A DNA stretch of 64,000 nucleotides, taken from assembly GCA_976551045.1 (NCBI GenBank), contig CDPCPM010000011.1, positions 2,418,001 to 2,482,000 of the forward strand. Direction: 5' to 3'. The notes below the pieces were generated by a model that was not told where the DNA came from, did no database searches, and was given only the letters and a program-made list of their open reading frames with translations. The position numbers and the translations under genes are program-made. Numbering within the stretch: position 1 is the stretch's first letter; each line of letters begins with the position of its first letter. Source of the stretch: Glaucostegus cemiculus (taxonomy: Eukaryota). Shown here one piece after another: positions 40,173 to 52,900 of the stretch.

Positions 40173-42760
40173 GTAAGCACAGTGTAATGGGAGTTTAGTA
40201 CAATGTAAACTGCTCGGCCGCGAGCTCTCAAATCAACTTGAGGAGATGAGATAGCCTCTCCAACAAATTTTGCGCCTATAAAAATATTAAACAAATTGCT
40301 TAGGTTCTAATCTGGATTCCTCAGCCATACATTCCCATAGAAATATCGACACTGCCAGAACTCGCAGCTTTGCTGCTAAATTTAGCAACTGAGAGCGTTT
40401 ACTTTCAGGCGCACGGGGTGTGTTTTATCACAAATATATCTCGTCAGTAATCAAAGAGACTGGTCTCCTTAAAATCAAAATTCCACCGACATTTTAGTAC
40501 AATATAATTTCAAGTCAACAATTTCTATCGTTTGTACATTTGGAGGGAAAAATCCCGACTAGCTCCAGATTTAATTCTTGCTAGCTCGTTAAGTTTTTTT
40601 TTAGCATTTTATTATAAATTCTAATGTTACGTTTCTATGAAGGGCAGGCCAAAGGCGGTCGAGCTTACATTATTCGAGTAAGCTATTAGCATTTTCTTTT
40701 GCGGATATTGTTGCTTCGGCAGATTTTTTTAAATGGATTTGGCGATTTCTGCTGAAATCCACCACAATCGTTCATTACGGGAGGACTCACGTGCCGCAAA
40801 TGTATGCGAGGTGCGGTTCAACCTTCAACTGGAGATAAATGTTTTGAGATTTTCTTTATGCATCCACGAGTAATTATTTAAACAATTGTTTAATTTGTTT
40901 TGCATTTGCGCGACAAACGAGCAGCTTATTTCTGACAATATATCAATTTTTCTTTAAAATAACAGACTTTAGTTAATGCTTTTTGTCGCTTGGCCTTACT
41001 TTCTGTTTGATGTCCACGGTTAGCGTTGTGGGGTTCCTGTCAGTTTGATAGTTTCTACTTTTTTAAGAATAAGGGAAATAAACTTGAGCGTTCACACCAG
41101 AAACTTGTCCAAAGGGTTATGCTTAAACTAAAAGGATTTTATGACTTGTTGGAGCTCTTAAATTATCAATGTATTGCATAGCAAGGTGATGAAAACACAA
41201 TCGATGCTCAATATGCGAGATAGTTATTAGCAATCGCTATCTGCTGATGAATTTATGTATTGTAGTGAATTTAATTACCGATCTAAATAAATGATACACA
41301 CTGCATGCAGATGGCCATTTTAATATTGGATTGGATTGTTCCGCGTTGTGTGAACTTCCACGCCGGAGGCTCTGGTGCAGTTCTCAGAAGGAACAACGAA
41401 TCGAGAATGCTTTCCCCCGAGATAAAAATTCCTCTTTCGGTTCGAATTGCAACCGAGGACAGGCCGGATGGAGCTAGTTGTGGCCTTAAAGTGAGTTGCA
41501 CTGAAACATTCAAGAGAGCTCAAATTTCAAGAACCGATATTTGGCGGAAGGAGCTCGAGTGACTCTGTGAATGTAAAATCCCCATATACATGGAGTTTGA
41601 CACCATGCGCTCGCACTGTGGGAGTCTGCTGATCTTAAAACAATCTGCTTTCAAAAAAATCTATTTAAAATCGACAACCTCGCCCCTCCTCTCAACTCTC
41701 CGAGCCCGATACTTTCTAGGCAATTGTAAAATTACTTGGTGGAGTTTAGGTCTATTTTAGGCAGATGCAGCCTTCAGAGAAACTCGGTGGCAGGGTGTAA
41801 ATCTGTGGAGGGGACGGCTACGCTCTCTCGCCGGGCGCCGAGCAGCGCGAATCTACTTTCGGTTTCCGATCTTATCAGTCGGAAGACGGGAAGGCTGTGG
41901 CTTCAAATCTGCAGTTAATCAAAGTAAAATGTGTTTATTTTACAAAGCAGATTACGGGCGAGCACGAGGAAGGGAGAGAACGGATCAGAAAGGGAGTGGA
42001 ATATGTTAGAGAAATTCTCGTAGGCAGAGGGAAAGAAACCTTTGGAAGGATTAGAGAGGACGAGACTGTGGTGGCAATACCCACTCGATTCGGTGAACTG
42101 AAAGGGTTAGAGGACTTTTTTATATCCGACATAATGTGATACTGAGGTGAAGGGGGGGGGGGGAGTGTAACATGTACTCTTGGGGAGGCAGCGGAAAACA
42201 CGTACATCTCCATAACTAATATGTGTTCAAATGAAACAAGATAATTCTTTCTCCTGTAAAATAATGTCAATGATGTACACAGTTTATTCTACGTCTGAGT
42301 ACATGCGCGTCTGTTTTATAAAATTCATGCACACATTGAAACGTTAAACAACAAGGTCTTTGCAACCTCCAAGGCTCAGCTCGTGTGCTGTTTTGGTAAG
42401 AGCTCGCTATATTTCACCATTTCTGGGAATTGTGCTGATGGGCCGGATTTATCTTTTGTACCATCTGTTTAAAGAGACAAAACGCGGACATGAAATGAAT
42501 TGCAAAGCAGCGAATGTAAAATGGCACGAATGCAACCCCCTGTTTACAATAGAATAACACGCTGATTTACAATATAAGTATGTTCTCGTGATGGTTGATC
42601 TCACAGAGCGTTTGTTTGTGGACTTCCACGTTGATTTCAATGTAGCCTTGCCGCTGTGCACTGCACTCTCTCCCCGCTCTGGGTGTGCTCCGAGGCGGCT
42701 ACTCACTGGAGAATTCCCCGACATCACATCGACATGACCGAATTCCTAGAATAAAGTCTC

Positions 42761-42761
<1 letters not shown>

Positions 42762-42797
<36 letters not shown>
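42762..42797. repeat. (CA)~17 microsatellite
   Basis: Read directly from the sequence. Confidence 0.95.
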
Positions 42798-42800
<3 letters not shown>

Positions 42801-44550
42801 TCGTGTCTATCCTTTTCACACACATATTTCAACACCAATATTAAAACCCTGACAATGACTCCTATTTTATAGCATCACTTTTCAACCTCCGGTAATAACC
42901 AAGGTAACATTTATCACACATATTTTATTTATGTACGTTTACTTAATGCTAAACCGATTCCATAGATTACTTTCTTACAACGATGGGCAGTCCGAATCCT
43001 ATTGTATACAGATAACGATGGCGCCTTTTATTATCTCCAACACAGGCGCTAAAAAAAATCAACTTCTATTGCCTAGCAAGCTTTCTGTTTTGTTTTAAGT
43101 GTTTATTCCCTCCGAATTTTAAGGAGATAATTAACAATCTAGCATCAGTCAGTAGAAAACAATAAGATAGTCGCTGATTACACTCCCTCATTACAAACAG
43201 TTCTCCAACCGCGGGGTTCCCCTTTCAAACTCCTTTCATTCCTCTTTTGTTGTTTAAGACACAATAAGCAATAAAATAAGTAAATGAAAAGGGTAAAGAT
43301 GTTCTGCTTTTACAACCCGACCCCTCTTTCCCCGTGATGTCCCTGTAATCAAGAATGCATTTTATTCGCCAATGTGAATCTTTTTTTAAAAAGGGACTCA
43401 GCGGATAGTGAAGGGATTACAGCGTTCTGCATGATTTCATTTCCTCCACGCCAGCCGACCTACTATCTGTTCATCGCCAAAGAAAATACTCGAATTTCTG
43501 CTATAATTTGATTAAAAAACAAAAGACGTTTGAGGTTCTAAATGGCACGGCAGCCCAAAAGTGTTTAATCTATATGCTTTAAGCCTGCAAAACAAGATCT
43601 AATTGGCAACGTATTTGTAATCCTGTGGTTGAAGCCCTGTCAGTTTCTGTACACTTTTTAAATAATAGGATGTAACAAACAGTCAATGGATAGTTGAGAA
43701 GATCAGCACCGGATAAAATAAAACTATTCCTAGGATCCGAGCGACAAACAAAAGCCACTGTTAGATATTTTTGTTATAAATATGGGGCAATTTGCGAATT
43801 GCATTCACGCCACCTCAGATTCTTTTATAGTGCCAGGCGTTTGATTTTGCAGCCGTTTGTTAAGGGTTCATTTGCCTTGAGTTCAGATACACCAACAGTT
43901 TCTCGACAGTAATAGAAAGGCGAAGGGCAATATTTTAAAAAAATCCACAGGCGAAATAATCCCTTTCCAAATTAGTACAACAAATCCTCTGATAAGTGAA
44001 AATTCCCTCAGTTACTTCAGATTTTATTCTCTACCATTTTGACACGTAATCTAAAATTGGAAACAAACATTGGTTTCGGAATCTGAAGTTTAAATGAAGT
44101 ATTAACGGCACTTAACACATTACAAAACTGAAATAAAGGGGTCGGCCATCCTCACCGCACTATATTCCCGAACATTGACAATGGAGATAAAAGTAAACCG
44201 GCTGTGTGTGAAAAATACAAATTACTTCCAAATTCTGCTCATAATTGCACTTTTCTTTCCCCCCATATTTCCAGTAAACCCAAAGTAATATCTTGTCCCT
44301 TTCATCACGGTTTTAAATGCGTGGATATTTTTCTTTATAGATTGGGTGCTTTGATTTGTTTTTTAAAGTTATTTTTGATTATAAAATGAATCGGCAACCG
44401 TACATTCCTTTGCACGGTAAAAGGCGAGTACTCCAGTGTTAAGCTTATATTCCTTGTAACTAGGAGACCGTGCGGTCAGTGATTTTAGGGCATCTTCTTC
44501 ACACCCTGTGCACATATTTTAGCTATAGTAGGCCGTTTCATTTCTGCTTT

Positions 44551-44554
44551 CCCT

Positions 44555-44593
<39 letters not shown>

Positions 44594-44605
44594 TCCCTCT
44601 CCCTC
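44551..44605. repeat. (CT)n/CCCT microsatellite
   Basis: Read directly from the sequence. Confidence 0.9.
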
Positions 44606-44824
44606 ATACATTGTCGTGATTATCAATCAATTGCCGACCGGGGGGGGGGGTGGAAATACAGCGAGATAAACAAAATTAAAAGCAAAAGAACATACCGAGA
44701 CGGCGCAGGCGGCAGATCGAAAATGTTTCCTAGAGAAAACTCGGTTGTAAATGTCTGGTAGGTTTGTATTTTGTCCCGGATTGACTCTGGTTTGCTGATA
44801 GATGGTGCTCAAACAGGATTCTAC

Positions 44825-44917
44825 CTGTCTCCATACAGTATGAGAGGCAATGAACTCGGTCAAACAGATGCGCTCTGCGCTGCCACTCTGCTCACGAATT
44901 TATAGCTAGCTGACGTG
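44825..44917 (-). promoter_or_regulatory. Candidate distal minus-strand TATA promoter and short first exon
   Basis: Minus strand reads CACGTCAGCTAGCTATAAATT (CRE-like site next to a TATA at ~44905-44899), followed by donor CAG|GTAGAA at 44824. Confidence 0.35.
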
Positions 44918-45553
44918 CCTCTTCTCCCACAATGGAGCCGCTTGACATTAACCATAAAATTGATGAGAGAGAAGCGAAATCTAATCTCTTTTCCAGATCC
45001 TCTCCGCTTTTCCCCAGTATCCCGCTTTGGCCAGTCAGCCCGCTCCCTTTGTTACAAACACCGGCGCCCCCGCTACATTCACTTGTTTTTTATGGAAGCG
45101 GGTGGTGGTGGGGAGGAAATGTGTTTCCCCCCAACTAAAATTCCGGATTCTGTGATCCGTAGAGAAGCTGCAATTCTCCAAACTTCCTAAACTCGGCCAT
45201 TGTTGGGTTGACAATATTCCGAAGTGTTGTTAAGAGCAGCCCTCTCTACTGAACCACCCTCCCCCAACACCAGCGCCTTTTATAACCAAACTACGGGATA
45301 AAGGAAAGCGACACACACCGATGCTGATCCTGAATATCATTCGCTTTCTACAGATCATCTGTTTACTTTTTCCTGATTTAATGTCGATTATATTCCTCAA
45401 TAACAATCGTTCCCGCATTCATTTTTTTAAAGGACGGAGCCCTGCGCGCTACTCCTTGCGGTGCCCTCCGATTCCCCGCCCAGGATGAGAACTCCCAGGC
45501 ATGGTTTTTATTGCCCTGAACTTTCTGGCGAGGTCACAGCCCTGGGAAAAGAG

Positions 45554-45628
45554 TGACGTCGATCTGGGACCCCCCTGGAATGACGTCACTCCACACCGCT
45601 GCCGGATGGCGTCATCCTATTGACGTCA
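45554..45628. promoter_or_regulatory. Cluster of CRE (CREB/ATF) sites
   Basis: TGACGTCG 45554, TGACGTCA 45581, TGGCGTCA 45607 and TGACGTCA 45621 within 75 bp. Confidence 0.7.
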
Positions 45629-46468
45629 GCCACCACTGAAATTTCAGGACAAGCTGAGATTCCAGCTGATCAGTCGACTTGAACCATGCATTTGGGCTAA
45701 AGCTTATCCTTACGGAACGAACTTCCACGTTGTTTAAAGTAATGGCTTCTTCACTTGAGTGCACATTTCGTAGGAACTGATGTCTTTATTTATTGTTGGT
45801 TTATTGATCTTTAATATTGATTGGCAATGGTTTACATTCTCTGTCGCCTTCATCATCTGGCCACTGAAACCGCTGCCTTCAATTTTCAAGGTTCCTGGAG
45901 GTTGGAAGCACAGCGGCCCGGCTGGGTCCTGGTGTCTGCACCCTGCAGAATTTTATCGGTTTTCAACTTAGCATATCGCTGAGCAAATTTTCTGTACGCG
46001 TCTAGGTATAGTGAAACATCCCAAACTTGGGGAAATTACACTCAAGTGGACTGTGTACTATCTGCAGCTGTCATTCCGTGTCGACACTGAACACTAATGG
46101 AGGTGGCATGTTCAGACCGCTAGGCCTCCAAACACGCTGCCTTTCGAGACATGGGGGCTAGTGACTTCCGCGAAGATATATCCGCTGGTATTTATGCACA
46201 GGTTTACATACTCCAGGATAAGACTTTTATTAGCTTCTTCTTGAAGTTATCGTTTGAATGCATCATATAATTTTCATAGTCAACCATAAACATGTTCTAT
46301 TTTATGTGCAAACATATTGATTCCACATATGACTTCTTCCTCAAAAGGAAACAAATCAATTCAATATTTATTCTTTCATGGCGAATCTGCCCACCCATCC
46401 TGGAATAATATTTTTCCCTTTCTCATCCGTTGCATTTGATTATTTAATATTACAAACTAATTCAGTAG

Positions 46469-47506
46469 AAACAAGGGTGGGAATTTCAAAAGTGAGATAC
46501 AGTTTAACCAGGAGCCAATGTCAGCATGCAAGGTAGGTGAATGGAACTTGATTTGAATTAGGAGTTGGATAGCAGACTTTAGGATGTGCTCAAGTTTATG
46601 GACAATAAAACAATGGTGGTTGGCAAGGAGTGCATTGAACTAGCTGATTTTAGAAGTAACAAAGGCATGAATGAGGGCTTCAACATCTAATGAGCAACTG
46701 AGGGATATAAAGCGATTATTTCCACCTTTAGCTAAGTATCATTCACAAATTAAAATCACACAAGAAACTTTGGTCATTTAATACTTTGTGTGTGTCATTA
46801 AACTATCCTGTTGTCATAGGAAGAAAAACAAATTGACTCTGGAACTTTTAAAACTCTTTGATTGTGCATATGCAGCCTTTAGCTGTCATTTTATTATCCT
46901 GTACATTACCTATTCTTCATTCACCCTTGGATTGAATGGTAACTGAAATAATTTTTCATGATAAGAGTTTACAGGTAACTGCTGGATTTAAATAATAAAT
47001 AATCAGCAAAAATGCTCAAGTTACATCATTAATACAAAATAGACAACAAAAGCAGCTTTTTGAGTTAGTTCCTACTTGGCATGGTGCTAATTTTACAGTT
47101 AATTATAGAAGCAAAGATGATTAAATATCTGCATGAAAACTGTTACAGTCTACAAAGTTATTGAATTTCTTCCTTGTCTGGTCACATGGGGTAGGCAGCC
47201 TTCATGACCAATGCCTTCTACCTCATGGTAATGTCTTCTTGTCATTTGTAATCTTTTTTACATCCACAGCCCTCAGTTGCTCATTAGATGTTGAAGCCCT
47301 CATTCATGCCTTTGTTACTTCTAAAATCAGCTAGTTCAATGCACTCCTTGCCAACCACCATTGTTTTATTGTCCATAAACTTGAGCACATCCTAAAGTCT
47401 GCTATCCAACTCCTAATTCAAATCAAGTTCCATTCACCTACCTTGCATGCTGACATTGGCTCCTAGTTAAACTGTACCTCACTTTTTGAAATTCCCACCC
47501 TTGTTT
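46469..47506. repeat. Inverted repeat: arms 46469-46704 and 47270-47506, 565-bp spacer
   Basis: The arms are reverse complements with only 2 substitutions and one 1-bp indel found by manual comparison. Confidence 0.95.
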
Positions 47507-48750
47507 TTAAATTCCTCAGTGGTCTTGCTCCTTCCAAACTCTGTAACTTTCTTAAGACCGCTAGTCCTCAGAGATCTCTACATCCCTTCAGTTCACAATG
47601 TCCAGTACACAATGGGTACTGGATGGAGATAGAAAGCCTAGTGGTGTGGTGTCAAGACAACAACCCGTCCCTCAATGTCAGCAAAACAAAAGAGCTGTTC
47701 ATTGACTTCAGGAAGCAAGCTGGAGTACACACCCCATCTGTATCAATGGTGCTGAGGAGAAGGTGGTTGAGAGCTTCAAGCTCTGAGGTATAACTATCAC
47801 CAACAACTTGTCCTGGTCCAGCAACATAGATGCTAGGCCAAGAAAGCACACCAGCACCTCCACATCCTCAGAAAGCTAAGGAAATTCAGCATATCCCCAA
47901 TAACCTTCACCAATTTTTACAGATACACCGCAGAGAGCATCCTATGTGGATGCATCACAGCTTGGTATGGCAACTGCTTTGCTCAAGACCACAAGAAATT
48001 GCAGAGTTGTGAACACAGCTCAGTCCATCATGAAAACCAGCCTCCCCTCCACTGACTCTGTCTGCACTTCCTGCTGCCTTGGGAAAGTAGCCAACCTAAT
48101 CAAGGATCCCACACACCCCGGGCATTCTCTCTTCTTGCCCCTCCAATCAGGCAGAAGCTACAAAAGCCTGAGAAAATGTTCCACTTGGCTCAAGGACAGC
48201 TTCTTTCTGCTGCTATGAGACTCCTGAATGCACCTCTCATATGATGAAGATGAACTCTTGATCTCTCAATCTACTTTGTCATGGCCTTGCACTTTATTTG
48301 TCTACCTGCACTGCTCTGTAACTGTAACAATATATTCTGCATTTTGCTTTGTTTTTCCTTTCCTTTTGCACTACCTCAATGTACATATGTATGGCATGCA
48401 AACAAAAGCTTTTCACTGTATCTCAGTACATGTGACAATAATAAACCAATTACCAAATACCAGCTCTGGCATGTTGCTCTCTGAATTTAATTGCTCCATC
48501 ATTGAAAGCCATATTTTCAACCTCCAAGGCCCTAAGCTCTGGAATGCCCACCTTAATTCTTTCTGATTCCCTTTCTCTCCTTCCTCCTTTAAAATGCTTG
48601 GTAAAACCCATCACTGGCTGAGTTTTTGGTCATTTTCCCTAATATCTTATTTGGCTCAGTGTCAATTTTTCTTTGATGATGCTCCTATGAAGAGCTTTAG
48701 GCTATTTTGTTATTTTAAAATTACTGCATAAAAACAAGTTGTTGTTATTG
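47270..48750 (+). mobile_element. Ancient L2 LINE 3' fragment interrupted by a Rex1/Babar insertion
   Basis: GAAGCCCTCATTCATGCCTTTGTTACTTCT (EALIHAFVTS), ACATTGGCTCC, CCCTAAGCTCTGGAAT and the tail AAGTTGTTGTTATTG are L2-like. Confidence 0.7.
47600..48460 (+). mobile_element. Rex1/Babar-type LINE 3' fragment
   Basis: EIESLVVWCQDNNPSLNVSKTKELFIDFRK and IKDPTHPGHSLFLPLQSGRSYKSL remnants; tail ends AATAAACCAATTACCAAATACC. Confidence 0.85.
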
Positions 48751-49639
48751 AACACTATTGCTGACTGTCACAGACATCCTTATCAGTGCCTAGATCAAAA
48801 TAGTTGGCTATCTGGATATGGATCGTCCTACAGCAACAATGTTTGGATATGGTATGGCTGTTACAGAACGACTATTTGGGGACAGCAGCCATATGGACCC
48901 AAATGATTGTAAGCTGTACTGATGTTGGCAATGTACTTTGTTTACACAACAGGTCTTAATTTTGCATGGGGTCTTTACACAACATTGCCAAGATGTATCT
49001 TATGCAGAATATCTCAAACTGAGACCGCGTCAAAGCAATGAAAGGAATATATTGGCAGTTGCTATGTGAGATGACAGTACAGACATTTTGGTTAAGACTC
49101 GAACAACATGGTACTGGAAAAGTGTTTCCAGAAGGCTTTCTACTCTAAGCACAAATTAAATGCAATAGGATATTTTCTGAAATCTCAGCTTGTTTGACAG
49201 CAGATTTCCTACAGAGGTAAACTCCATGTTAGACAAGGGTTAGTTGTTCAAAATGCTTATTTTGGTAACTCTATAGGCATACCACAAGAAAGACCATCTA
49301 AAATGCCCTGTGACAATTTTGCCCAGTGAACAAATATGCTAAACATGTTTAAAAACAAAATAAGAGGCCTTCATTTTTCAATATTCCATCGAGTAATTAA
49401 GAAGGAAGATCCTGTTGGGTCTCTATGATTCAGCACATGCTACACCACATATGGTTAGTTTCAATTTAAGTGGGATTTGACATATTTTCCAATGACAATC
49501 ATCCAGCAAAGAATATGACAAAGCAGAGAGCAGCATTTCCCACCTGGAGAGAGAAAGGAATATTAAGTGTTCCAGTTATTATAGACTACTTTTGAACACC
49601 CTCTAATGGCAATCCTTGAATAAATCATGTCTTTAAGAT

Positions 49640-49955
49640 CCTCATGACATCCCAAAATGCTAATGATTACATTTGAAATTTAAAGAAATGCAGTGACAAG
49701 TTTCCACACAGCGAGATCCCCCAAACTGACCAGTTAATCTGTTTTGGAGGTGCTGATAAGAGAGGTCATTGAAGAAGACAGAAGAACTCCACTACTCTTC
49801 TTATACAAAGAGCCAGATAGGACCTCTGAAAGACTGCAATTATGACATTCTATGGCACCCTCTATTTTGCAATGAAAATAATGCATTCAACAACTTTGAT
49901 TGGGGCTTCAAACTATGAATCTCTGACAGAGGGTCAAGTGCTTTTAAGTGAGTGA
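49640..49955 (-). mobile_element. Decayed DeuSINE/SacSINE1-like element
   Basis: Shares motifs with 5790-6075 (GACATCCCAAA, GATCCC.CAAA, GACCAG.TAATCTG). Confidence 0.5.
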
Positions 49956-52900
49956 AGGCATCCCATTAGCAGAAGCCTTTAGTAGGAGCAAGAGGCAGTA
50001 TCCAGGTCACAGGAGGAAGCTCCATCTTATTCTGAAACAATGTTTCCTAATTCTAGATTTCCCCACAAGGGGAAACAACCTCTCAGAGTTGACAAAACTC
50101 TATTATTAACCAAACCCCTGTAAAGTCTTCAATGCTTCAATATGATCAAGTTCAAGTTTACTGCTATCATAGGCATACATATACAGGGTGTAATTGCCAT
50201 GAAATGAGTTTTTTAAAGCAGCAGCACAGTACTTTACAAGACAAGGACATACCCAAGTCAACATAAACTTAAATTAACGTACGTTAAACATAATTTACAG
50301 CTGTACAAAAAAGAAAAACAAAATAAATTATGACCCTAGTGCAAGACTGAGAGAAAGAAGAAATAATATAATCTGACCAGTAAATATAGGTCCTACCTTA
50401 ATAGCTTTACTCATATCAACCCTTTCATCCAAGAATCAGTTCAGTGAACCAGTTTCTAGCCTGTCCAACCAGAGGACACCATTTTCCAGCCCCTACCTTA
50501 CAGAATCCCACATGTTTCAATGAAATCATCTTTTTTTATATTCTAGTGAAGGTAGTGCTCCTTAAATTCTCCCTATATGTTATCCTCCACATTCCAGGTT
50601 GTGAACCCTTGTGCACCATTTGCAAGGGCAAATACATCACTCTCTAGGTTCCGAGACCAACATGACACATAATAGTCTGAGTGCATTCTCATCAAATCCA
50701 TACAGATTCTAAGGAAAGGTTTCTGAATCTTGTAATCTAAATCTCTTTTGGAAGATTTCATTATAATCTTAACTGGAAGGAATTCAGCAAAAATGGCACA
50801 CATCTATGTTATTTTGTTGAACCATGACACAGACTGAAAGGACCAATCCTTAATGTGGAGTGTACTCTTCCAGACAGTAACCAGCAAAAACTATTCGGCT
50901 CTCCAAAACAAAGCATCATCTACAGCATTATCCAGAGGAGTGGGAAAAATTCCAGTTCACAGTGACAGTTTATTTCTTTAGATCTTATCAATAAACTGAC
51001 TGGTTGGTTAATCATTAACAGGTTCATGAAGTTCTGCAGACCTACTTAGCTGTAATATCTGACTGCCAAGTTTGTCACAGAGAAGCAACTCAGTTCCAGT
51101 CTCCTATTATCAAATAATCACCCCAGAAGCAATGAGACTCTAAAGGATCCTCTATTATCACTCATCCTAAGAAAATAATTACTAATTGGCCTTTGGACAA
51201 CTCATGTATGCAGATTTGAGTTTTGCATAGAAAACTGCAAATATATAATTTATCCATCTGAACTTTTACTGAAGTCCAAGCTAACAATTCTTGTGGGTTT
51301 TCTGAGCCAGATTGCCAATTTATGTAGAGTTATGAGTTTTGGGCCTTAGATCCAGGTCTAATAGGATGTGGCTTCAAACTGCTTAAAATTCATTTTACTT
51401 TAGGACCCTTAAGACTGGCAGAGGGTGAAACTCTTATCGGTTTGCTGTGTATTCAAATGCAGCAAATGAACAATGGGTTTTATCAACTAACATTTAACAA
51501 AGTAGCAGGAATGTGCAGCTTTAAAACAAGTTATTCTGGAAAAATGGGATTTCACCAATGACAAGAAAACAGTACCAGCTATTCACATTGCACCTGCAGT
51601 AAGGATTCTTTAACACTTCTTGATCAGCTAATGAGGCATAAACCACTTTAATCCTTAAGTGTGAAATTATTGGAGAAAATGCTTCAACGACAGAAGGAGT
51701 TTGATTTTCCAAGAAGGTTCTGGAAGTGGCAGTTAGTATAATAATGCACACACATCTGGTAGGGAAAAATGTCCTCTCATTCACAAAGGAAGCATAATAT
51801 AAATTCAGGGTCAGGAAATGGGTAAGTGTTCATCTCCACTGTGATCACCTGCCCATGATGGAATTTGCCTGATATTCAATTCACATTGCCAAAATGCGCA
51901 GCAGAGATGAACTCTGAAAGAGGATGAAAACATAAGGCCACAGGAGTAAGAGCACGTGACTCCGTAAAATGGCAACAAAAGCGGCAAAGGGATAAAGTAG
52001 ATACATGCACAAAAAGGGAAACATTTTGTTTGTAAACAACAAATACAATGTCCTGTTGGGAAGGGTGAACTAAGAAAATAGTAGGATTATATGCGTCAGA
52101 AAAAATAAATGGCAAAAAAAACAGTTCTATTAGCAATATCATAATTTTTCAAATCCCACTGTGCTATATATTCTATAGACAAAGTAACCACATAATAGAA
52201 GGTAACAATTTTTAAGCCCTGATACCCTATGAAGTTAATTAAATCAAAAGAAGACATAATTTCTTCACTCATGAGGGAGAGATTCATAATTTCTGCTTCT
52301 AAAGAGATCAGTAAAGAGGGCGGCATCAGCACCATATCGATAATGTGTACAATGCATTCAATCTTTTTGTCCACAAACACTGATTACAATAAACCACCAA
52401 ATGGTGTTTGCGATGGTATTATAGGGCTCAAATGGACAGGTAACTTATGTATTCATAATGTGCCATCTCTCATACAAATAATATGGTATTCACCCCACTT
52501 GAAGCAGACACCATCACGGGTAGCCAGTGCTGGAGGCCTAGATACTGACTTTGAGCAGAGAGCAGAGTAAGATGATGTGTAACAGTGAAGAATTATAGTG
52601 AATATTTGCTAATGAGATGTCAATTGGCACAGAGTAGGGGCCCAGGATTGTAAGTACCTCAACCTATTTCTATCAGAAAATGAAGCTTATTGAGAATGTT
52701 TTCAAATGAATACTGGGACAGCTTCCAGATTCTGACCAGAGATTACTTGGCTCCTTCCACATAATACTGTTAAGTGGTCGAGTTATTCTCTGTAGAAATA
52801 TACAAGAACCAAACATTTACTGCCATCTCTTACATAAATGATGCATTAGAGCATTGGTTTTTGCATTGCAATCTACAAATTATCTGCAAAGGAAGTATTA

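Noticed and set aside
43701-43720. REST/RE1-like TCAGCACCGGATA
   Set aside because: Wrong half-site spacing and a poor right half-site.
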